From the NCBI GenBank assembly GCA_951406725.2, contig OX597815.1:14322001-14386000 (forward strand): a DNA stretch of 64,000 bases. Direction: 5' to 3'. Origin of the DNA: Octopus vulgaris (Eukaryota). This document shows, piece by piece, positions 53,453 to 64,000 of the stretch (the first letter of the stretch is position 1; each line of letters starts with the position of its first letter). Position numbers and translations under genes: made by a program. Under the pieces are notes generated by a model. The model was not told the DNA's origin. It made no database searches and was given only the letters and a program-made list of their open reading frames with translations.

Positions 53453-53766
53453 AATAATAAACCTCTGAACGAGGTATAAACAGTAACTGCACGACAATGT
53501 AAGGTATACTTGCCATCTCAATATGGCTAACCACTAAGGCTGGGTGTTACTGTTGCTTGTAGCCCCAAGAGAACATTGTCTCCAGCTGGCTTTAGGCACA
53601 CTTTCTGTGCCATTATGGTATTTGCAAAGGGAGATCATCCCTCCCTTTGCAAATACCATAATGGCACAGTGTGCCTAAAGCCAGCTGGAGACAATGTTCT
53701 CCTGGGGCTACAAGCAACAGTAACACCCACCCTTAGTGGTTGGCCATATTGAGATGGCAAGTATAC

Positions 53767-53768
<2 letters not shown>
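53453..53768. mobile_element. Fold-back element family X, near-perfect 132-bp hairpin
   Basis: 53502-53633 versus 53641-53768: 3 substitutions and one 4-nt indel; 7-nt loop. Confidence 0.9.
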
Positions 53769-53859
<91 letters not shown>

Positions 53860-53865
<6 letters not shown>

Positions 53866-54149
53866 GAAGGTAAAGACAAGACGCGATTTCGTCTTAAAAA
53901 GTACTTCCCGCAAAGCAAATTAAATAAAATTTGGGATTTATGAAATTGGTACCAAAAACAGTGATAACAAAACAGTAAAAAGAAACGGTGAATGCTGTTA
54001 TGCCAAGACGATGTGAAGTGCTGAGCGTTGGACAAACGAGCTTTGAGAAGAGACAGAAAGAAGGCACGACTTGTTTTAGGACGGAAGAGGAAGAACGAAA
54101 GATCGATGGTCGTTGGTACGTGTGAGCAGCGAGAGAGGCAAGGAGGAAA

Positions 54150-54192
<43 letters not shown>

Positions 54193-54380
54193 ACGGTGAA
54201 GAAGAGAGGAGAAGAATAGGGAAAGTGTAGGAGAGAAGAACAGAAATGAAGAAGTAAAAGAGAGGGAGATAATAGAAAGAAAAGAGCTAGAATAAGAGTG
54301 CGCATCGTAATTATTAAGATAAAACCTACGTGGAAAAGGATGCGAGGCGTTCGATTGTATGATAATATAAATACCAATCT
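53860..54380 (-). mobile_element. Relative of the 32000-32510 element
   Basis: Shared blocks taattacgatgcgcactct, ttttatttaatttgctttgcgggaag and gaaatcgc, in reverse orientation. Confidence 0.8.
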
Positions 54381-54382
54381 AC

Positions 54383-54443
<61 letters not shown>

Positions 54444-54503
54444 ATATATAGATATAGTTATATATATAGTTAGATATATAGATATAGTTATGTATATATA
54501 TAT

Positions 54504-54594
<91 letters not shown>

Positions 54595-54737
54595 TAGATA
54601 TAGTTATATATATATAGAGAGAGAGATAGATAGATATAGATATATATAGATATATATATATATAGATATATATATATATATATAATGTAAATATATATGT
54701 ATATATATATATATATATGTTTGTTTGTTTTTGTTTT

Positions 54738-54936
54738 GTTTTTCCAGTTTCAGCTCTTGAGCTGTGGCCATGCTGGGGCACCGCCATTGTGGTGAAAGAG
54801 TACAGCAGGGATCACCACCCCCTGCCGGAGCCTCGTAGAGCTTTTAGGTGTTTTCGCTCAATAAACACACACAACGCCCGGTCTGAGAATCGAAACCGCG
54901 ATCCTGCGACCGCGAGTCCGCTGCCCTAACCACTAG

Positions 54937-54941
<5 letters not shown>
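54738..54941 (-). mobile_element. Chimeric SINE: family-2 tRNA head fused to the CR1-type tail
   Basis: 54941-54789 matches 31673-31825. 54788-54738 reads GGCGGTGCCCCAGCATGGCCACAGCTCAAGAGCTGAAACTGG. Confidence 0.85.
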
Positions 54942-54984
<43 letters not shown>

Positions 54985-56462
54985 ACATTATAAATATATC
55001 TACAATATATATATATATATATATATACATATATATAAACATATATATTTACATTATATATATCTACATTATATATATACATACATACATACATACATAC
55101 ATACATACATACATACATACATACATACATACATACATACATAACGTAGATAGGTTGGGGGAAATCCCAGTTGTTCCCACTCGAAGCAGATTTGCTTAAT
55201 CCATTATTACTATCCAGTATATTGTCGCTGTGCTTGTTATAAAGATGCACAGAAGATATTAAAGTTGAAAAGTCTGGAAATATTGTTTGCGGGGTTATTG
55301 TATATTATGATGGGAAGCTTGAAAATTTATTGATATTACTTAGAGATTTACATGTTAGATAGGCAAGTAATGAATTTCCTATTAAGTAATATTATTTAAT
55401 TTCTCTGCCTGAAGAATTTCTAATAGGAAATTCTTTACATGTCTATCTAACATATCAATCTCGCTAATTCCCATTAGCAAATGAATCATGTGTAATGGTG
55501 AATAAATAATACCAACGAATTTTCCAACTTCTCGTTTTATTTTATAGAGATATATAAAGTAAACAACACGAATGAGGTTTAGAATTTGCGACAGTTGTTT
55601 CGGTAGATAGATTTTTATTTATTTAATGGAGACATGAAAAATTATATATCATAATATACAAGCAACCATTATCGGGTATAATTTTAAACATCGACCCGGA
55701 CATATATATGCATGTGTCCGGGTCGAGAGTGTGTGGAGTGTCATCCCTGGTGCTTCTGGTAACATGTAACCCAGTGCAAGATGTTACGTGGTTGAAATGT
55801 CTGTGTCTAAACCAGAATCTCTACCAAGCCCCATTAGTAATGAGGTTGATTTTAGTTAAAATATTCTGCAGGACGGGAAACAAATCCTTTCAAAAAGCGG
55901 ATGAATTCAATAGAATCAACGGTCTACCAAAAGGGAAATTGGCCCAATGCAAGTCTTTCTTCGCTTCAAGCTCAAGAATCGCTTGATTTTTAACATCTCT
56001 ATTATGAAATGCATATTATGGCTGACTGTAGGCAATAAGGGCAAAACATTCAATGAAAATATCCATGAAGGAATGAAAGCATGTTAACGTAGATGGTAAG
56101 CTCTCTGAACATCTGCTGCTAGGGAGCCCCATATTTAAATTGAGATTTAAGTCAGCCAAATATATATTAATGTACTGTCTGCCAAGTCTCTATCACTCTT
56201 TATAGTCTGCATTTTTTGCATACATATTCTACACACATCAAGTACCTATGTTATTCTCTGAAATACAGACACCGCGATAGTATCTTGGATACAACATATA
56301 TCATTAGGGCAAAATATGTTAACGTATGACTGATCGTGCAAACACAGAATTAAGCAACGGTCTCAATCGAATACATTCCGTTACACTTAATATAATGTAT
56401 CGAGAACTTTTTCGTTTGTTAAGTATAAACAACATATATATATGCATACATGTATAAGTACA

Positions 56463-56522
<60 letters not shown>

Positions 56523-57090
56523 CCCACGCATGCATAAACAGAGACTGATATATATATATATATGGATATATACTGAAATATTTGTGTTTTTATTTTGTTT
56601 GGTACACGTACAAATAATGGTCTTGAAATGATGGAGTTGAACCATGGAATAAGCTGGCTTGTAGGAATGATGCGCGCCTTAAAGATATATCACGACTTAT
56701 TGAATCAGTTGTGTACACCAGGAAGATGTAAATGAAATCAACGTGATATATAATTTAGGGTCAATTTCTGTGTAAGCAAAAATTGATGAATAATTCAACA
56801 CGTTGAAACAGAGGTACACGAACGTTTATACACGTGTGTGTGTATTTGTGTGTGTTTGTGAATTCAAAGTATATGTACGCAATTATTCGTCGTATACGTA
56901 GTTATATATACACATATATACTAAGAGAAAAGAGAGGAGTGAACAATATAGAAAACTAGTGAAGGAAAGAAAGAAAAAGTTAGACAGAGAATGAAGGAAT
57001 AAACCACTCTTAGATACGCACCGTGTAAGTATCTATCCATTCTGTCTCTCTATGTATCTATGTACAGATGTGTATATATACATACATGTG

Positions 57091-57150
<60 letters not shown>

Positions 57151-57152
57151 TG

Positions 57153-57198
<46 letters not shown>

Positions 57199-57222
57199 TA
57201 TATATATATATGTATATGTATA

Positions 57223-57263
<41 letters not shown>

Positions 57264-57267
57264 GTAA

Positions 57268-57302
<35 letters not shown>

Positions 57303-57401
57303 GTATATATGTATATCTATCTCTATATATATATATCTATATATATATGAATATATATATGTATGTATATGTATATATCTCTCTATATATATATCTGTAT
57401 A

Positions 57402-57438
<37 letters not shown>

Positions 57439-58160
57439 GCATGTGTTTATATATATATATGTATGTATATGTATATATCTGTGTGTATATATATATATAT
57501 ATAAGAAAGAGATGGGGAGTGAGAGAGAAAGAGTAGGGGAAAACCTTCGTCATGTAATGCAAATATTTCTTTTATAAAAATATCCTTGCATATTTGTGTA
57601 TGTGTATGCGTACTCAGGTATGAGTGTATATTTATGTCTGTGTGTATATATTCTGCTTCAACGTTTTACACAAACACACACATACTCCCCTAGTACATGC
57701 ACATATGCACCTCCATATGCATACACTCACACACGCATGCGCATATACATGTATATATATAAATATCCGTGTAGATATATTTATATATATATATTCATTT
57801 TTCAATCAATCATTCTTTTGTCATATGCATGCATATTCATTATAAACAAATACGCTGCCCTATATATGTGTGTGTATGTACGCGTGAGTGTGTGTGCATA
57901 CGTAAATATACAGAGTAGACATATAGGTGTATATATACATGTGTGTGTTAGTGTCCGTATGTATGTGTTTGTGTGAGGGTAATTGTGTATGTTTGTATAT
58001 TTATGTACAGATAGATATAGATTTTCATATATGCATATACCTGTGTACATGCATACATACTGCTAAGGTATGCACATACATATATACATATTCATCTGCA
58101 TATATATATACATATATATATACGTACATATATAGTATATAGATGTAGATAGATAGATAC

Positions 58161-58216
<56 letters not shown>

Positions 58217-58677
58217 GTATGCATGTATATATATATATATTTATGTATGCATGTATATATATATGTATGTATGCATGTACATATATATGTATATATATGT
58301 GTGTGTGTGTGTGTGCGTATACACGCATATGTATTTGCGTTTGTATGCACCCATACGTACATAACATACACACACAAATGTACAGATCTGTCTCTATACA
58401 TACCGAGAGAGAGCTTCTGATATAGAAGAATTGTGTGTACTTAAGTATTATAAATATGCATGTATATATGCCAAAAGGAATGATTTGCCGCCGTTTGCCA
58501 TATTGACCGTAGGACAGTACTTAGAAAGCTACAGGCAGCAGTTAATGTATCATTCTCAAAGAGAAGCACATCTCCATATTTCTATGTAATCCGCCGTCCA
58601 TCCGTTCATGATTCTATATTGGATTCTAACAAAGAGCTTTTCCATCCTCCAGATGAATTTGCCACAATTATTTTCAA

Positions 58678-58730
58678 CATCATCATCATCATCACCATAA
58701 TCATCATCATCATCATCATCATCATTATTA

Positions 58731-58788
<58 letters not shown>

Positions 58789-58843
58789 CATCATCATCAC
58801 AGTAGCTATTCATATCATTCTTATTATTGATGCTACTACTAAC

Positions 58844-58886
<43 letters not shown>

Positions 58887-58895
58887 TAATAATAA

Positions 58896-58965
<70 letters not shown>

Positions 58966-58980
58966 GTAATGATAATGATG

Positions 58981-59060
<80 letters not shown>

Positions 59061-59125
59061 ATGATGATGATGATGAGGATGATGCCGACGAAGACGATGA
59101 TCATGAGGATTATGATGATGATGGC
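58678..59125. repeat. (CAT)/(TAT)/(AAT)/(GAT) trinucleotide microsatellite cluster
   Basis: Directly visible. Confidence 0.95.
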
Positions 59126-59689
59126 GATGCTATGTTTTCGGAGTTTAGCTTTTCTCCGCCCCCTATTTGTCATTGACTTAACCTTATTGTTAGTGTGTTT
59201 GTTTCACTTTCACTTTCGCTTTGGTTTTGGATTTTGTTTTAATCTTCTTTGTTTTTCTTTGTTAATGTTTTTCTTTTTCTCATTTTTGTTACGTATTCTA
59301 TCCTTCCCCTCTAATACATACATATATATATATATATACACTCACACATATACGCATATACATACAGATATATATATCCGTGTATATATATATATATGTT
59401 CATTCATTTACACATGCACTCTTGCATGTATGCATAAATATACACATATGCATTTGTGTGTGTATGCAAGAGTGTCTGCATGTATATATGTATGAATGTA
59501 TGTTTGGATGTACGTATGTATGTATTACTTTTATTCGCGCATGCGCATGCATGTTTAGGCATACAAAATCTTTGCTCCACCAATTTCGGGACTTCTCGAA
59601 GCTCTTTGTACCTTTTCTTCTCATCTTTATGCTATTCTTGATCTTATTTTTATTTAGATTATTTTTTACTTTCTTCTGATGCCCACATT

Positions 59690-59736
59690 TATCATTATTA
59701 TTATTATTATTATTATTGTTGTTGTTGTTATTATTG

Positions 59737-59800
<64 letters not shown>

Positions 59801-59832
59801 CATTATTATTATTATTATCATTATTATTATTA

Positions 59833-59878
<46 letters not shown>

Positions 59879-59930
59879 CATTATTATTATTATTATTGTT
59901 GTTGTTGTTGTTGTTCTTCTTCTTCTTCTT
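59690..59930. repeat. (ATT)n/(GTT)n microsatellite
   Basis: Directly visible. Confidence 0.95.
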
Positions 59931-60298
59931 CATATTGTTCTTAACTTTCGTGTTCTTTTCTCTCTCTATGTGTCCTGCATTCGTTCTATTAATCTTTCTT
60001 TTCTGTTTTCATTCCACCATTTTTTCATTATATAAGTCATTTTGTTTAATTCAATCATATTTTCTCTTTCATTCGGTTTCTCTCTCTTTCTTTCTCTCTC
60101 TATCGCCCTGTCTCTCCCGCTCTCTCTCTATCTCTCACTTTCTGTATATATGCATTGTATTATTTTTTGAGCAAGCGAATACAAAGACACACACACACAC
60201 ATATATATATTTGTATTTATGTATTATATGAACATGTATATCTAAATGCATCTATGTATCCATATGAATGTATATATATATATACATATAATATACAT

Positions 60299-60375
<77 letters not shown>

Positions 60376-60469
60376 CGCATGTGTGTATATGTATATATAT
60401 ATATATACAACGCGAAAGAGAGATTGAGAGATATGCATATATAAGCATATCGTTATATTTCATATAGCA

Positions 60470-60501
<32 letters not shown>

Positions 60502-60885
60502 GTATATATATGTATATATATATATATATATAATTGCATATGTATATGCATATCGTTATTAGTCTTTCGTTCATTGATTTTGTATTTATTTCTTTAATCA
60601 TTTCTGCCTTTCCTCCTCTCTTCCTTTCTCTCTTACTTCTCTACCAACCTCTTCTAACTTTTCAACATTCTTTGCATCGTTCTATGAATCGCTCTCCTTT
60701 TTTTTCCTTCTTCCTGTTCATGACCGTCGTTTATCCTTCTTTCAGCCCCACTTAATCCCTTCTACCCCACATCACCACTTAGACAACCATTTTTCTTTCC
60801 GTCACACCAGCGTTTTCTTTTCCTCCATCTTTATAATTTCATTCAATTTATTTACAAATTCCTTTATCTCTCATATCCCTTCCCA

Positions 60886-60920
<35 letters not shown>

Positions 60921-61015
60921 TCTCTCTCTCTCATTCTATCTATTTATCTATATATCTATTTATCTTATATATATATATATATATATATGTATATGAGAGA
61001 CAGACAATATATATG

Positions 61016-61068
<53 letters not shown>

Positions 61069-62128
61069 TCACTCGCACATACAAATATGCGTGCATATAT
61101 GTATACATGTGTGTCTATATATATATATGTACAGATATATGTATCTATACATATAAATGTATATATATATAGATACATACAAGCACACATATATGTATGC
61201 ATATGTGTCTATATATGAGTGTGTCCGATTGTATGCATTGATATATATATATATAGACAGAGAGAGTGAAGAGATGAAAGAGAGTGAAAGAAAACTTTTC
61301 CCTTGTTCTTTTTCGTTCTCATTTTCCAGCTAATATTTTATTTGCGTTCTTGTTTTTCTACTTTTTCCTTTTTCCATCTCTCAGAATGAGAAATATTCCA
61401 TATAAAAGCTTTTACGGGAGAAGCATGTCCTTAAAATGGCAGCAAGATATACAATAATATTGTTTGTGCTCGATGGAAATGCTTGCTTGTTATATTTTGG
61501 AACTTATCCTCGTCATCACCACCCACTTCGCGATTATCTCTTCATCATCATCATCATAATCATCATTGTCGTCGTCAGCACGATCGTCGTCGTCATCATC
61601 ATCATCATCATCAATATCGTTATCGTCGTCAATATTTTCGTCGTCATCGTCATCTTCATCGTCGTTGTTGACTTGGTGGTCGTAGCCGTCCTAGCATGCT
61701 GGTGGTTGCCGTTGTAGCTGTCAGTGACCGCAACGGAGAAACAGCAACAGTAATAACAACAAGAAGGGACAATACAAGGATCATGGACTGCAAGTGGAAA
61801 TGTATTTCCACAACAGGGAAAATAACAAGAAAAACAACAACAAACAAGACAGACACTGGAAGCTACAACAGCAAAGCAAAGACCGCAAGAAAGGAATCCA
61901 CGATAATAGCAATAACAGGCATAGGGATTGATATCCAAATCACAAACACACACACCCATACATACACACATACATACATACAGATAGACACACACACATA
62001 TATATACACATATATACATATATATACATCTGTATATACATATCTACGTGTATATATGTCTTTATATGTGCATGCATTTATCTGAATATATATTGCACAC
62101 TAACATATACAATTCTTTCCTTCTTTTC

Positions 62129-62129
<1 letters not shown>

Positions 62130-62211
<82 letters not shown>

Positions 62212-62225
62212 CATATATATGCATA

Positions 62226-62273
<48 letters not shown>

Positions 62274-62287
62274 CATATATATGCATA

Positions 62288-62339
<52 letters not shown>

Positions 62340-62359
62340 CATATATATGCATATATATG

Positions 62360-62414
<55 letters not shown>

Positions 62415-62461
62415 GTATATATGTATATATATGTGTATATATGTATATATATATATATGTA

Positions 62462-62510
<49 letters not shown>

Positions 62511-62600
62511 ATATGTATATATATATATATATATATACATATATACATATATAAATACATATATATATATATACATATATATACATATATATATATATAT
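62130..62600. repeat. (TC)n and (TA)n/(TATG) tract with higher-order duplication
   Basis: gtatgcatatatatgcatatatatg recurs three times. Confidence 0.93.
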
Positions 62601-63242
62601 TCGTTGTTGTAGAAAGCAATATAACATATCCTGCTATTATCCTACAGATATCACACCATTCCAAGCATTTGGACAATAAAAACCGCATGGATTATGTATG
62701 AATATCCAACGAATGTTAATATGTGAATCAGCAAAATATACAAAGGGTGCAAGCCTATGCATATTTCATCATTGAATATCCCGCTACATGTGTGTGGATC
62801 TATAGGCCCACATACATACTCATGTTAGCACTGGATATAGATATACACATATAAAGACATTGATATACATGTGTATGTAAGTGTGTGTGAGTATTATATC
62901 TGCATATACATCCTGGCACACAAATTATATGTATCCCTAAATATATATGCATTTGTGTTGCCTGTGTGTATGTCTGTGTATGTCTGTGTGTCAGGAAGTA
63001 TGAGCTTTAGATTCTTGCTGTTTTTGCATAAAAAAAAAAAATTCTCTGTTACCTGAGCGTCTATTCGTTTCATTTCCGAGAAAAGAAAAGAAAAAAAATT
63101 ACATCTCAACCTGTCAAAACAGCACCTGTCTACCTAGGTGTGAATAGGTACAGAGTAAGTAGTAACAGCTCGTTTCTCTCACATCAGAGCATCTCTGTAT
63201 ACCTGTCAAGTGGTTAAGTGTTGTCAATGTTTTTGTTGTTGT

Positions 63243-63315
<73 letters not shown>

Positions 63316-63449
63316 GGTGGTGGTGATGACGATGATGATGGTGATGGTGGTGATGGAGATGATGATGATGATGGTGGTGGTGGTGATGATTATGATGATG
63401 ATGATGATGATGATGGTGATGATGATAGTGATGATGGTGATGGTGATGG

Positions 63450-63488
<39 letters not shown>

Positions 63489-63798
63489 CGATGATGGTGG
63501 TGGTGGTGATGATGATGGTGATGATGATGGTGATGATGATGATGATGGAGATGATGATGATGATGATGATGATAGTGATGATGGTGATGGTGATGGTGAT
63601 GGTGATGATGGTGATGATGATGATGATGATGATGACGATGATGGTGGTGGTGGTGATGATGATGGTGATGATGATAGTGATGATGGTGATGGTGATGGTG
63701 ATGGTGATGATGGTGATGATGATGATGATGATGATGACGATGATGGTGGTGGTGGTGATGATGATGGTGATGATGATGGTGATGATGATGATGATGGA

Positions 63799-63832
<34 letters not shown>

Positions 63833-64000
63833 GTGATGGTGATGGTGATGGTGATGATGGTGATGATGATGATGATGATGATGACGATGATGGTGGTGGT
63901 GGTGATGATGATGGTGATGATGATGGTGATGATGATGATGATGGAGATGATGATGATGATGATGATGATGACGGTTATGATGGTGACGATGGTGGTGGTG
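63243..64000. repeat. (GAT/GGT)n microsatellite with higher-order repeats, running off the window end
   Basis: Directly visible. Confidence 0.97.

Noticed and set aside
53641-53768. Twister- or HDV-like ribozyme in fold-back family X (TAAAGCC, CTACAAGC, GTAAC words)
   Set aside because: I could not assemble the required P2/P4 stems and pseudoknots.
58556-59173. 205-aa ORF with poly-L/Y/N/D runs
   Set aside because: Product of trinucleotide repeats.
61696-62085. 129-aa ORF with an apparently complex middle
   Set aside because: Looks like decayed (AAC)n between microsatellites; no motif or splice support.
63100-63230. Cluster of CTGTCA/TGTCAA and (C/T)AAGTG motifs suggesting an enhancer
   Set aside because: Short motifs without conservation data cannot be told apart from chance.

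Overview
AT-rich, microsatellite-dense eukaryotic DNA with no intact protein-coding gene that I can support. Almost all ORF-track entries are translations of (TA)n/(CATA)n/(GATA)n/(TTA)n repeats. The SINE families and repeat landscape suggest an octopus (coleoid cephalopod) genome, which is my inference. The window holds about 11 copies of one tRNA-headed SINE in two subfamilies, two further SINE families, decayed LINEs (R4/Dong-like, RTE, CR1), several Penelope-like element (PLE) remnants with RT or GIY-YIG motifs, two mariner-type MITEs, a hAT end and a Helitron 3' end. The most striking signal is a set of more than 10 short non-coding elements, mostly embedded in or next to (TA)n tracts. 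They carry minimal type-I hammerhead-ribozyme (HHR) motifs: stem I, CUGANGA or a variant, stem II, GAAA, palindromic stem III, NUH. They occur as tandem pairs (retrozyme-like) or as long fold-back inverted repeats. A second fold-back family, a SINE/CR1 shared 3' tail, and a candidate promoter/first exon near 41.8-41.9 kb also merit checking. All calls are by eye, so boundaries are approximate.
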